Source of the DNA: Candidatus Nomurabacteria bacterium
GTDB lineage: Bacteria; Patescibacteriota; Minisyncoccia; Phycocordibacterales; UBA9973
Reading direction: 5' to 3'
Length of the DNA: 64,000 nt
Assembly: GCA_023267375.1 (NCBI GenBank)
Contig: JAHFNJ010000005.1
Coordinates: 1,285-65,284, forward strand
In this document: positions 24,469-34,303 of the stretch, in pieces
Position numbering within the stretch: the stretch's first letter is position 1
Layout: each line of letters starts with the position of its first letter
Notes under the pieces: generated by a model
What the model was told of the DNA's origin: nothing
The model's database searches: none
Seen by the model: only the letters and a program-made list of their open reading frames with translations
Made by a program: the position numbers and the translations under genes

Positions 24469-27400
24469 ATGTGTGGCATTACTGCAGTTTTCAATTCTAG
24501 TAACTCAGAATTAAAAGCCAATAAATCTCTAGAAAAAATCCAACATAGAGGAGGTAGTACTTTTGAGCTGGAAACATTTCCAAACGCAACTATCGGCGCT
24601 AATCGTTTGCCTATAGTTGGAAGACTCTCTGGAAAGCAACCTCTCCATAATGAAGACAAGACTATTTTTGCAGTTCAGAATGGTGAAATTTTTAATCATA
24701 AAGAATTACGTGCTGAACTTGAAAAACTGAATCATGTTTTTTCATCTGAATCAGATACAGAGGTTCTCGTGCATGCGTACGAAGAATGGGGATCTGAAAT
24801 GGTATATAAGCTGGATTCGGAGATGTATGCATTTATTGTATACAACACAAAAACTAAAGATATCTTCGCCGCTCGTGATCCACTTGGAGTAAAACCTTTT
24901 TATTACACAAAAACTAAAGATGGAGAAATATTATTTGCTTCAGAGTTGAAGCAGCTAGTGCAATTTGAAAACGTAACTACAGTGAATGAATTTCCACAAG
25001 GTAGCTATTACTTCAATGGAAAATTCACTAAATACTTTAAAATAGAAGATCCAAAAACGAAGCTTTCCGAAACTTCCGCTATTCGTTTGCTTGAAAAAAA
25101 TATTGTTGAGGCAGTGAGAAAACGAGTAGATACAGATTTACCTATCGGTGTCTTTTTAAGTGGAGGAGTTGACAGCTCTCTTGTTATGGAAATCGCGACG
25201 CGTTTTCATCCGGATGTCACTGCTATTATTTTAGGAAATACCGGTTCTTCGGATTATGAATTTGCTCTACGTCTCTGTAAGGACCGTGGATACAAATATC
25301 AGATAGTATCTCCAAATATCGACTATAAACAAGAGCTTGATGAGGTACTCTATTACCTGGAAACATATGAGCCATTGGTGATTCGGCAAGGATTTGCCAA
25401 CTGGATTTGTTCTCGTGAAGCACAGAAGCTCGGCTTGAGCATTGTTCTTGTTGGCGAAGGAGCTGATGAATTGTTTGCTGGATACAATGAGTTTTCTGCT
25501 CTGTCAGATAATAATATAAATAAGGGGTGTAAAATGCTTACTGAAAATCTTGGCAAAGGCCATCTCAAGCGAGTTGATCGTGGGGCGATGCGTTTTACCG
25601 TAGAAGTAAGATCTCCCTTGTTAGATACCAAAGTCATTGATACCGCGTTTAAAATCAAAGGAGATTTAAAAATTAAAAAAGAAAATCATCGTGTTACTAC
25701 AAAATATATTCTTCGCAAGGTGGCTGAAAACTTTCTACCAGACTACATTGCATGGCGCTATAAGATGCCTTTTGCTAATGGAGCCGGAATGAATGTGGGT
25801 TATAACTATAAATCTGGCGATGGTGCGCTTGGAGAAATAACTAAATCATACAAGACTACAATTGATTCAAAAACCGCAAAAGAATTTAAACTCGAAACCC
25901 CAGAAGAGAATTATTACTTCCAAAAGTTTAAGGAATTTGGCTACGCAAAGCTTGCCGAAGCAAAGGACCGAATAATAGTAAAAGACATTCTACAAACCCT
26001 CAATACCTCAAAAAAGCAGAGGATTGTTGTGGCAGAGTTCGGAAAGTTAGCTCTTTATTTTCCTGTATATTTAGCTGCACAAAAGAAAATTTTTGATATG
26101 CATGAGTTGGAGGTTGATTTCATTGCAACTGGTGGCGACGATAAAACATACGCGACCCTGTTGAACAATTCAGGACAAATAGGTCTTTCTGACCCTCTAT
26201 TCGCAATGTTTGAAGACGGAATAAACATGAATGGATACGGTGAAATAATTGGAGAGTTGGTTCACTCAACTCCAATTGTTGCAGTAACACTTAACCCAAA
26301 GATTACTATCAATTCACTTCAGGATTTTTCTCAATATAAGGTTGGATCTTTTCAAAAATACTCCACGACAAACACCGTAGCTTCGTATCTTTTGAAAAAC
26401 CAAAACATTTCTGCCTATGACTTTAAAGAGTTTCCAAGCAAGCTAGTTGATAGAGAGATCGATATCGCCGTAGTACTGCTTGAACAAGCACTTAATATCG
26501 AAGCATTAGGTGGCAGAATCGTACACGATTTTAGAAACGATATGTCTCAATACCTATTTTCTGGTTTTACAATTGCTTCGACGTTACCTAAAAATGTAAG
26601 GGGTAAACTTCCTAGTTTCACTTCAGCTATTAAAGAAGCTTTGAAGTACATCAAATTCAATCAAGCAGATGCTGTTGCTGAATTTAGAGCATTGTTCCCA
26701 GAGTTGATAAACCCAGAAAAAGTATTACTTGAATACCAAAAGTTTTGGGTCCAGAGTCTTAAAATCAACAGAGAAGACTATCTCAAGTCGCACACTACGT
26801 GGAAAAGCTTGTACCCAAACATACTTAAGAATCATGACCTCCCTTACTACCGAAGTTATTCAGACGCAGATAAAATCCTAGATACGATAAATGCCCGGGC
26901 AATTCGTAGAGAATATCCATATCGTGAAGATAAGCTTATTGAACTAATAAATAAAAAAATCAGCACAAAAGAACCACTTACTTTTTTTGGTTTTTGGGGT
27001 GCAGGACCAAAAAAAGATACGGATGATCGCGATAAACGAACCTTGGACTATCTCGCTCAGTACATCTCGAACTTAAACAAAGTATATAAAAATGGAGTTT
27101 CTGTGACTTTTATATTAGCGGACAAGCATGCTGAAAATAACGAGTACGACAAATCAAATATTGGCCCATACATTCAACAAGTAAAACAAGAGATGGCAAA
27201 TCGTGGGTTTAAAACGGTTTTACTGTCCGATATCTGGAAAAAATATGACCTTACCCGCGATAAAGTTGTTTCCACACTTAATTCCAAGCCAAAAGGATGG
27301 TGGCAGAAGATTTCCATTGCAAAAAAACTAGAAGAGAAATCCAATGAATATTTCAATGGAGCTGACAAGTTACTTGGTGCACAGCGCTATTATGTATTAA

Positions 27401-27561
27401 GAGATCTAGAAAAAAGAATACTAAAACAAGAGTATCCGGACTCAATATTCTTTGTATATGGAGACAGTTTTGCCCAGCAAATCTATCCGGATATGCCTAC
27501 TCTGTATTTCTTTACTGAAAAGATCTATTACGGCAATTGTCCTTGGTTTAATCTTGATTAG
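24469..27561 (+). CDS. Asparagine synthetase-like class II glutamine amidotransferase fused to a ~500-aa C-terminal extension (NMT1/THI5-like periplasmic-binding-fold segment plus unknown domain)
   Basis: 1030 aa from the MCGITAVFN start (Ntn Cys2 nucleophile). The PP-loop is VFLSGGVDSSLVM and the AsnB C-domain is ...GEGADELFAGY.... Residues ~560-800 (...IVVAEFGKLALYFPVYLAAQKKIFDMHELEVDFIATGGDDKTYATLLNNSGQIGLSDP...) resemble SsuA/NMT1-type binding domains. The last ~200 aa are unassigned. AT-rich (~35% GC). The track start at 24277 is an upstream extension through the hairpin. Confidence 0.7.
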   Translation: MCGITAVFNSSNSELKANKSLEKIQHRGGSTFELETFPNATIGANRLPIVGRLSGKQPLHNEDKTIFAVQNGEIFNHKELRAELEKLNHVFSSESDTEVLVHAYEEWGSEMVYKLDSEMYAFIVYNTKTKDIFAARDPLGVKPFYYTKTKDGEILFASELKQLVQFENVTTVNEFPQGSYYFNGKFTKYFKIEDPKTKLSETSAIRLLEKNIVEAVRKRVDTDLPIGVFLSGGVDSSLVMEIATRFHPDVTAIILGNTGSSDYEFALRLCKDRGYKYQIVSPNIDYKQELDEVLYYLETYEPLVIRQGFANWICSREAQKLGLSIVLVGEGADELFAGYNEFSALSDNNINKGCKMLTENLGKGHLKRVDRGAMRFTVEVRSPLLDTKVIDTAFKIKGDLKIKKENHRVTTKYILRKVAENFLPDYIAWRYKMPFANGAGMNVGYNYKSGDGALGEITKSYKTTIDSKTAKEFKLETPEENYYFQKFKEFGYAKLAEAKDRIIVKDILQTLNTSKKQRIVVAEFGKLALYFPVYLAAQKKIFDMHELEVDFIATGGDDKTYATLLNNSGQIGLSDPLFAMFEDGINMNGYGEIIGELVHSTPIVAVTLNPKITINSLQDFSQYKVGSFQKYSTTNTVASYLLKNQNISAYDFKEFPSKLVDREIDIAVVLLEQALNIEALGGRIVHDFRNDMSQYLFSGFTIASTLPKNVRGKLPSFTSAIKEALKYIKFNQADAVAEFRALFPELINPEKVLLEYQKFWVQSLKINREDYLKSHTTWKSLYPNILKNHDLPYYRSYSDADKILDTINARAIRREYPYREDKLIELINKKISTKEPLTFFGFWGAGPKKDTDDRDKRTLDYLAQYISNLNKVYKNGVSVTFILADKHAENNEYDKSNIGPYIQQVKQEMANRGFKTVLLSDIWKKYDLTRDKVVSTLNSKPKGWWQKISIAKKLEEKSNEYFNGADKLLGAQRYYVLRDLEKRILKQEYPDSIFFVYGDSFAQQIYPDMPTLYFFTEKIYYGNCPWFNLD

Positions 27562-27629
27562 CTAAACTTGGGGGTATAGATATCTCGGGTGTTTTTTTGT
27601 TTGCATTTCATATATACATATGCTAATAT

Positions 27630-27920
27630 GTGCATATGTCTGATTTATGTAAAGAAATAGCCAAGATGGGCAAGGGGATAGGGAACGAGAACCGTTTCCG
27701 TGTCCTTGAAGCAATTATGAAAAAACCGCAAACAGTAGGGGAGATTGCGGTGAAGGTAAAACTCCCGCAGCCCGCTGTCTCGCAACATCTTAAAATACTC
27801 AAATCCGCAAATTTAGTCGAAGATGTGCGGTGTGGAAAAACAGTAGTGTATACAGTAAACGTCGCTTACATGGCTTCACTTCTGAGAAAATTAACAATTG
27901 GATTACCTAATAAAAAATAA
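27630..27920 (+). CDS. ArsR/SmtB-family winged-helix transcriptional regulator
   Basis: 96 aa. ...ENRFRVLEAIMKKPQTVGEIAVKVKLPQPAVSQHLKILKSANLVEDVRCGKTVVYTVN matches the ArsR HTH signature. Confidence 0.6.
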   Translation: MHMSDLCKEIAKMGKGIGNENRFRVLEAIMKKPQTVGEIAVKVKLPQPAVSQHLKILKSANLVEDVRCGKTVVYTVNVAYMASLLRKLTIGLPNKK

Positions 27921-27921
27921 T

Positions 27922-28539
27922 ATGAATTACACTACATTAGCAAACAAAGAAACAGTACAAAAAGTTGCCGATGCGCTTGCGCTCAGGAACGTAGAGGCTA
28001 TTGTTGTAGAAAATGGTGTAGCGGCAGTTGCGAAACTCAAAGAGCTTATTCCCGCTGGAACTTCTGTCATGAATGGATCCTCAGTAACACTTGAACAGAT
28101 CGGCTTCGTCGATTATTTAAAAGGAGATCAGCATGGTTGGAACAATTTACACAAAGCTATTGTGGAAGAAAAAGATCCTGCCAAACAAGCGGCGTTAAGA
28201 AAACAAGCTTTGCTGTCTGATTATTATCTAGGTAGCGTGCATGCTCTTGCTGAAACAGGCGAATTTGTCATTGCTTCAAACACTGGTAGCCAGTTGCCGC
28301 ATATTGTTTTCAGTTCTGCCAATCTTATTTTTGTGGTGAGTACGAAGAAAATTGTTCCAACACTCTCCGATGCTATGCAGCGACTCATGGAACACGTTGT
28401 TCCACTAGAAGATAAGCATATGCAAGAAAAATACGGTGTTGGCACGGCCGTTAATAAGATTGTTACTTTCAACAACGAGAATCCCATGATGGGAAGGAAG
28501 GTGCGAATGATATTGGTAAACGAGGATTTTGGCTTTTAG
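27922..28539 (+). CDS. LUD-domain protein (YkgG/LutC family)
   Basis: 205 aa from the ATG at 27922, which immediately follows the ArsR stop. ...AETGEFVIASNTGSQLPHIVFSSANLIFVVSTKKIVPTLSDAMQRL... matches the LUD/DUF162 core (ETG..V......G..R.LP..HI.V....KIV). Confidence 0.55.
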   Translation: MNYTTLANKETVQKVADALALRNVEAIVVENGVAAVAKLKELIPAGTSVMNGSSVTLEQIGFVDYLKGDQHGWNNLHKAIVEEKDPAKQAALRKQALLSDYYLGSVHALAETGEFVIASNTGSQLPHIVFSSANLIFVVSTKKIVPTLSDAMQRLMEHVVPLEDKHMQEKYGVGTAVNKIVTFNNENPMMGRKVRMILVNEDFGF

Positions 28540-28575
28540 CTGAGTCCAAGCAGTGTTTTATTATTTCGCGTCCTG

Positions 28576-28606
28576 AAAAAGAACCCTAGAAATGGGGTTC
28601 TTTTTC
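28576..28606 (+). terminator. Rho-independent terminator after the LUD gene
   Basis: aaaaAGAACCCtagaaatgGGGTTCTtttttc: 8-bp stem, 8-nt loop, T-run. Confidence 0.55.
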
Positions 28607-28616
28607 TGTGTACTGA

Positions 28617-29315
28617 TTGGACCGAGGAACTGGTATAATAGATTGTATGAAAAATAATAATTCAAAGTATTCTACTGTGCGAGGATTTGCGCCAGTAATG
28701 ATTATTCTGGCAGTTGTAGTTGCTGGCAGTATTGTCTATGCAGTAGTATCGCGTGATGTTCTTAAAAGTTTTTTTGAAAAAGGGGACAAGCCGACTTCAG
28801 CACAGTTCAGTACTACGATTGATTCATCAGTGAATCGAAATGACGATCGAAACCTTCTTGGACTCAAAGAGTATAATCCTACGAAGCAGTATCAATCGGG
28901 CGATACTGTTGTTGTCTCACAACCTGTATATCAGGCAAAAATTCTCACTGAAGATCAAAAAGAATTCAAGCTTGATAGCAAGCAAGATGTTACATTTAGA
29001 TGGACGCCGCTGGTGCCCAAACCAAAAGAACCAGTAACCTATCGCTTGAAAGTATGGCAACTCATGCAGGGGCAAACTGGTATACAAGCCATGAAAACAA
29101 ACCAGCCAATCGTTACTAAAGATGTCGATGCTAGTACTGAAGCAACTATCAGCAATATATACACCGGTCCCTGCAAGCCCCCATATCTCTGTGATTTTGT
29201 CTGGAGTGTTGAAGTGCTAACAAAAAATAATGCTGATACGGGAACGAGTGGAGGATCAGCAACCGGCGTGATAGATGCATCTATTTCTTCTGACGGTACT
29301 GCTACAACTAGATAA
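28617..29315 (+). CDS. Hypothetical membrane-anchored secreted protein
   Basis: 232 aa. N-terminal TM anchor (FAPVMIILAVVVAGSIVYAVV). It is pilin-like but lacks the Glu at +5. The rest is hydrophilic. Start may be the ATG at 28644. Confidence 0.45.
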   Translation: MDRGTGIIDCMKNNNSKYSTVRGFAPVMIILAVVVAGSIVYAVVSRDVLKSFFEKGDKPTSAQFSTTIDSSVNRNDDRNLLGLKEYNPTKQYQSGDTVVVSQPVYQAKILTEDQKEFKLDSKQDVTFRWTPLVPKPKEPVTYRLKVWQLMQGQTGIQAMKTNQPIVTKDVDASTEATISNIYTGPCKPPYLCDFVWSVEVLTKNNADTGTSGGSATGVIDASISSDGTATTR

Positions 29316-29359
29316 TACAATTACTAACGTATTGAGTAGGGAATTGGTATAATAAAAAC

Positions 29360-32300
29360 ATGAAAAATAAAACTACGCTTTTGGTTCTCGGCGGAATTAT
29401 AGTTATTGCAGTCATTCTTTCGACTGACCACACATTTGAAAAAACATTGCGTGGCTTAGGTCTTACCGCAGGGAGTGGTGATGCATCACCAGTTCCTTAT
29501 GTCCCAATCAAGCCTACTGTCGTTAATTTTCTAGAAATTACACAGCAAACCGTAAAGGATAATAAAAAAAATATAAAAGCAGATACTCACCCCCCGATGA
29601 TTGTCAGCGTGTTTCCTACTCCCAATGACACACTTTCTGGTATCACCGCTCTGAAGGTTCAGGCTAACGACAATGTTGGTGTCGCAAGTGTGGAATATTT
29701 TGTAGATGGAAAGTCTGTAGGGAAAAGTACTACGCCACCTTTCATTTATATGTGGGATACAACGAAAGTAACCACGGGTTCCTATACATTAGTTGCTAAA
29801 GCTCTTGATCTAAATGGAAACACCACGACATCCCGAGGCATTTCTTTTGCTGTTGATAATAGCGATCCCTTTAATAAGCAGAAGAACAAGAAAAAAGGTG
29901 GGTATCCTCAATTTACGTCATCTGATTTTGCTGGTCAAGAAGGAACATCTGTCTGTGATTGCAATATTGCGGTAGGCCCGAAAGACATCGTGGCTGTGAA
30001 CAACTATAGTATTAGTACGTATGATAAAAATGGTGTGCCGACTACATCAAGCATTAGCCTAGAGAAATTTTTTGATCCAACGAATACCTACATTCCAGGG
30101 GCATTGTTTCAGATGGGTAGTGCGCGAGCCTACTTCGACGACAAGAGTCAGAAGTTTTTTGTTACCTCTATATCAACTTCAAGGACGAGAGCTGACTACA
30201 CATTTCTTGCTGTATCGCAAACAAGTGATCCCACCGGTAACTGGTGGGTCTATCCTTTCTCTCATCCGTGGGATACAGGCAATAATGGGTTTTATAAAGT
30301 TTCCTATCCTCAATTGGGGGTGAATGCAACAATGGTTGTGATAACTGAGAAAGAAGCTGCCGGTGGTGTCCAGTTATTTATAATCGATAAAGCTACTCTT
30401 ATCACTGGAAGTCCGGCCGTATATTCTCTACACAATCGAAACATCAATGAATCTCCTTGGCCACCCCTTACCGATGAATTGCAACTTGCCCCCGTGCGAG
30501 AATACGATGATAATGGTGTACCTTTACCAATGTATCTTGTTGCTCGTTCAGGTAAAGGGGTTGTTATCTATTCTATTAAAGGACCTGCAGCTACTGCTAC
30601 TTTTACAGTAGTAGGTAATGTAATTGGGCCAAAAAGTACGGTACCAGTAGTTATGCCTCCTGCACCTGAGCCACAAGCTGGTGGAATTGATTATGTGCTA
30701 CTCACCAATGGATATTCAGATGTAAGTCCAACCAACAATTTTGTAAATGATCCAGTTCTTCGGAATAATTCTCTTTACTATACATACAATATAAATCCTA
30801 CAACTGGTGGAGGCACAGGTCCCTCTCGTATATCAGTATATTGGGCGCAAATTGATATGTCAGCAGTTCCTTCTGGCGGAGCTCCTATTTTTGTTCAAGA
30901 CGGTCTTGCTGCAGATGATCCGACAGGGAATATGAACTATCTTTTCCCCGCCCTTTCTGTAAATGAGTGTAACGATGTAGGAATTGGATTTTCTGGTTCA
31001 TCATCCACTACTTTTCCAAGCACGTACTACACAAGCAGAGCTTCGGGTGACCCGCTTGGATATATGTCCGCACCAACGTTAGGGCATGCTGGTTTATCTA
31101 CGTTCTCTTCTTCTACTATGTGGCCTTTTTCAGATTGGGGACGTTACAGTGGAACCCATGTTGATTCTAGTGATAACTCATTTTGGACATTCCAACCTTT
31201 TTCTCCATCTCCTGATGTAGGAAAATCAATAAGTTCACGTTGGGCAGGTTGGATAAATAATTTTTCAGTGCCGTCAGTACTAGGTGTTCCAACCTTTACT
31301 ACTAGATATATCAACTGGCCAGTCAATTCAGTAAATCCTGCAAGTACGACTGGACTCAATAGTCCTACTAACGTACTTGTTGATGCAGCGAACCAACGGA
31401 TCTTTGTGTCTGACACAAACAACAATCGCGTGGTTGTTTTTAAACAATCATGTGGTAAATATATGGTGCAGTATTCTCTTGGTCAACCAACACTTACTTC
31501 AAACTATGAAAACTGGGACGGAGTAACTGCGCAAAGCAACGTAGCTGCTTCTCAGTACGGACTATCATATCCAGGAGGGCTTGCATATGATGCTGTTCGA
31601 AAAATTCTTTTCGTTGCGGACTCCAACAACCGTGTAGTGACATTTAATGTTGACCCTGCAACCATGACTACTGGTGAGCCCGCTTCGTATGTACTCTTTG
31701 GTCAACCGAACTTTACTGCAGTGCAAGTGAATGCAGGGAATCTTAACCCTACTGCCAATTCTCTCTGGGATCCTCGCGGGCTTTTGTATGATGATGCAAA
31801 CAAAATGCTCTATATTGTTGATCGTAACAATAGTCGTGTTCTCGGAGTAGGTGTCACAACACTTTCTAACGATATGTCTGCTACCTCTATACTCGGTCAA
31901 CCAGTATTCACTTCAAATGTTCCAACAGTAACTCCTACTGGTTTGTGGGGTCCAGAGTTTGCTGTTATCGATAAAACGGGTCACTTCCTGTACATCTCTG
32001 ATACTGGTTCAAGTCGAGTGCTCGCGTACCCACTCACTGCTGGCAATCAGCTCATGACGCCAATAGGTCAAGCTGCTTCGGTTGTTCTTGGTCAGACAAG
32101 TTTTACAACACAGATGCCAAATGGTGGACCAACGGGAACATGGACGTTGCCGCCGACACAATCAAGTTTATATATCCCGTATGGACTTGCGTTTGATCAA
32201 ACAAAAAAACTCCTCTACGTCGCTGATCCGGGTAACAACTGGGACAGCTATACTGCATCAAACAATCGCATTATGGTATTTAATATGTCGAGTGGTCCTT

Positions 32301-32539
32301 CTACGAATATGTTGGCTTCGTACGAGCTGGGGCAGTCAAGCTTTACTGCTTCAGGTATTGATGGTGGTCTTGGAGGACCAAATGCGAAAGGTTTACATGC
32401 ACCGTTTGGAATTGACTTCGATCCTGCAACTGGGAAACTCTTTGTTGCAGAACAAGATAACAACATCATCAAGATCTTTGATGTGACAACTCTCTCTAAC
32501 TATATGTCTGCTGTGGATGAGATTGGACAGCCGCATTAG
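29360..32539 (+). CDS. Large secreted protein with Ig-like (Big) domain and C-terminal NHL-repeat beta-propeller
   Basis: 1059 aa. Signal anchor is LLVLGGIIVIAVILS. The Big-like domain is ...VSVFPTPNDTLSGITALKVQANDNVGVASVEYFVDGKSVG...YTLVAKALDLNGN. There are six or more NHL repeats (RIFVSDTNNNRVVVF; ILFVADSNNRVVTF; MLYIVDRNNSRVLGV; FLYISDTGSSRVLAY; LLYVADPGNN; KLFVAEQDNNIIKIF). Confidence 0.65.
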   Translation: MKNKTTLLVLGGIIVIAVILSTDHTFEKTLRGLGLTAGSGDASPVPYVPIKPTVVNFLEITQQTVKDNKKNIKADTHPPMIVSVFPTPNDTLSGITALKVQANDNVGVASVEYFVDGKSVGKSTTPPFIYMWDTTKVTTGSYTLVAKALDLNGNTTTSRGISFAVDNSDPFNKQKNKKKGGYPQFTSSDFAGQEGTSVCDCNIAVGPKDIVAVNNYSISTYDKNGVPTTSSISLEKFFDPTNTYIPGALFQMGSARAYFDDKSQKFFVTSISTSRTRADYTFLAVSQTSDPTGNWWVYPFSHPWDTGNNGFYKVSYPQLGVNATMVVITEKEAAGGVQLFIIDKATLITGSPAVYSLHNRNINESPWPPLTDELQLAPVREYDDNGVPLPMYLVARSGKGVVIYSIKGPAATATFTVVGNVIGPKSTVPVVMPPAPEPQAGGIDYVLLTNGYSDVSPTNNFVNDPVLRNNSLYYTYNINPTTGGGTGPSRISVYWAQIDMSAVPSGGAPIFVQDGLAADDPTGNMNYLFPALSVNECNDVGIGFSGSSSTTFPSTYYTSRASGDPLGYMSAPTLGHAGLSTFSSSTMWPFSDWGRYSGTHVDSSDNSFWTFQPFSPSPDVGKSISSRWAGWINNFSVPSVLGVPTFTTRYINWPVNSVNPASTTGLNSPTNVLVDAANQRIFVSDTNNNRVVVFKQSCGKYMVQYSLGQPTLTSNYENWDGVTAQSNVAASQYGLSYPGGLAYDAVRKILFVADSNNRVVTFNVDPATMTTGEPASYVLFGQPNFTAVQVNAGNLNPTANSLWDPRGLLYDDANKMLYIVDRNNSRVLGVGVTTLSNDMSATSILGQPVFTSNVPTVTPTGLWGPEFAVIDKTGHFLYISDTGSSRVLAYPLTAGNQLMTPIGQAASVVLGQTSFTTQMPNGGPTGTWTLPPTQSSLYIPYGLAFDQTKKLLYVADPGNNWDSYTASNNRIMVFNMSSGPSTNMLASYELGQSSFTASGIDGGLGGPNAKGLHAPFGIDFDPATGKLFVAEQDNNIIKIFDVTTLSNYMSAVDEIGQPH

Positions 32540-32555
32540 TACTGCGATAAGCCGA

Positions 32556-32596
32556 AAGAAAAAAGCCTCGGTGCAAAATGCACCGAGGTCTTTTTT
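32556..32596. terminator. Bidirectional rho-independent terminator between convergent genes
   Basis: aaaaaaGCCTCGGTGCAaaaTGCACCGAGGtctttttt: perfect 10-bp stem (CCTCGGTGCA/TGCACCGAGG), 3-nt loop, with A-run and T-run on either side. Confidence 0.75.
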
Positions 32597-32612
32597 ATTG
32601 AGCACTGAATAT

Positions 32613-34172
32613 TTATTTTTTTATCAGTGTTTTTGAAACTGTTTTTCCTCGGGTGCGTACCTGTATGTGGTACACACCAGAAGACAATGAACTTATGGGG
32701 AGTACAATCGATTGAGTACTGAGAGTTTCTTTTTGAAGCACTGGTTGCCCAAAAGAATTAAAGATTTCGATCGTTCCTGTAAGTGGAGCATTAGATTCAA
32801 CAGTAACGTACTGTTCTGCCGGAAATATTTTTATTTCAGAATGTTCTGACTCAAAAATGTCCGTCGGAAGTTCTGCTCCCAAAAATACTAGCCATGCACT
32901 TGATCCAGTGTGGTTCGAATTGATGTCTCCATCAGTTGACCAGGTGGTTCCACCGATAATAAGATCGTCAGTTGTTGTTTCCACAACTCCCCGCGCTTCA
33001 TCATCGGCTGTTCCGCCAAGAGACTTTTGCCACATGAGCGACCCCATGTTGTCTACGCTGACGATCCAGTAGTCATAACCGCCATGATTGAGAGTTGTAT
33101 TGCCGTTCCAGGAATTGCTTTTTCCGGCAACAATAAAGTCACCATTTTTTCTCTCAATTACTGAATAGGCAACATCAGTGCCACTACCCCCCAGACATTT
33201 CTGCCACTGTAGATTTCCATCGGCTTCAATTTTGATTACCCAATAATCCGTGTTGCCATGGTTACCGGTGACATCGCTGTCATTTGAAGCTGTAGATCCG
33301 ACAATAAGGTAGCCACCATCACTCGTCTCCGTCATAGAGTTGGCTTCTTCGTTCCCCGAACCGCCGTAGCATCGCTGCCACAGGATAACGCCATTGAAAT
33401 CAATCTTGATAATCCAGAAATCTGAACCTCCATTATTGTCGGTGACATCACCATCAGTTGAAGTGGTAGAGCCAGCGATGATATAACCACCGTCTGTGGT
33501 GGTGGCAATACAATTGCCAAGATCATCACCTGTACCGCCATAACATTTGCTGGTAATGGGGGACATGGTGTATGTCCTTTTTATGAAGAAAACATCTTTG
33601 CTGGCGACCTCGTGATTTTTTGGAACATCAAAGCTGTTGCTTGAAGTTGTCCATCCGACAGCAGTATAACTTTCGTCGCTCGCATTTTGAACAATGTCTT
33701 TAAAAACATCGTAAACGGATCCGCCGATTGTTTTTACCCCGGCATTCGTACCAAAGAGTGTGGTGCCGCTCATAAGTCCATTCACTGGACCGTTCTTTTC
33801 CCAGATATCTCCGGTATAAGCGATCGAGCCTGTGCTGCCAATTGCCTTACAGCCGACAAATGAATTAGCTTCATGGCGATACGGAATGACAGAAAACAGT
33901 GTGTCGTTCCCATTTCCACCAATAGCGAGATGCCATGTTTCATTACCCAGACTATCTGTCAGGATGTAATAAAAATCAGTGCCTGCCCCGTGATATTGCG
34001 TAGAGTAGGTTATTCCTCCGATGACAAAAGTGCCACCAGGATTTTGTTTGATGGAGAAGCACATCGTACTGTCTCCATACAAGCGTCCCCACTTTACATG
34101 AGGAACTTGTTGGGCAAAAACTTCGCCATCGAAGGCGAGGAATGTGAAGAGAATTACTAGTATTTTTTTCAT
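32613..34172 (-). CDS. Secreted SBBP (beta-propeller repeat) protein with T9SS-type C-terminal sorting domain
   Basis: Signal peptide is MKKILVILFTFLAFDGEVFA (track start 34205 adds 11 aa). Repeated units are CYGG(T/S)G(D/N)(D/E)...DGGYIIAGST.S.DGDVT.N.GG.D(F/Y)W(I/V)IKID. The C-terminal ~75 aa, ...IFPAEQYVTVESNAPLTGTIEIFNSFGQPVLQKETLSTQSIVLPISSLSSGVYHIQVRTRGKTVSKTLIKK, fits the Por/T9SS sorting-tail pattern. Confidence 0.6.
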   Translation of the reverse strand: MKKILVILFTFLAFDGEVFAQQVPHVKWGRLYGDSTMCFSIKQNPGGTFVIGGITYSTQYHGAGTDFYYILTDSLGNETWHLAIGGNGNDTLFSVIPYRHEANSFVGCKAIGSTGSIAYTGDIWEKNGPVNGLMSGTTLFGTNAGVKTIGGSVYDVFKDIVQNASDESYTAVGWTTSSNSFDVPKNHEVASKDVFFIKRTYTMSPITSKCYGGTGDDLGNCIATTTDGGYIIAGSTTSTDGDVTDNNGGSDFWIIKIDFNGVILWQRCYGGSGNEEANSMTETSDGGYLIVGSTASNDSDVTGNHGNTDYWVIKIEADGNLQWQKCLGGSGTDVAYSVIERKNGDFIVAGKSNSWNGNTTLNHGGYDYWIVSVDNMGSLMWQKSLGGTADDEARGVVETTTDDLIIGGTTWSTDGDINSNHTGSSAWLVFLGAELPTDIFESEHSEIKIFPAEQYVTVESNAPLTGTIEIFNSFGQPVLQKETLSTQSIVLPISSLSSGVYHIQVRTRGKTVSKTLIKK

Positions 34173-34287
34173 GGTTACAAAGAATTTTGATTGGTTAGTT
34201 TGCAACTATAATACTACATTTATATGACTATGTCAATATTCTGTTATTGTTCACTATACTTTGCAACCTCCTTAATCTAGTGAGAAC

Positions 34288-34296
34288 TGATATAAT
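34288..34296 (+). promoter_or_regulatory. Extended -10 element (TGaTATAAT) 7 nt upstream of ATG 34304; possible leaderless transcript
   Basis: tgaTATAAT at 34288-34296. The element overlaps the alternative ATG at 34295, which favours the MKNKKQ start at 34304. Confidence 0.35.
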
Positions 34297-34303
34297 GGAA
34301 TGT

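Noticed and set aside
28644-28720. ORF 28617-29315 as another type IV pilin
   Set aside because: The N-terminus VRGFAPVMIILAVVVAG resembles a pilin helix but has Met rather than Glu at +5 and Pro at +3. It is more likely a simple signal anchor.
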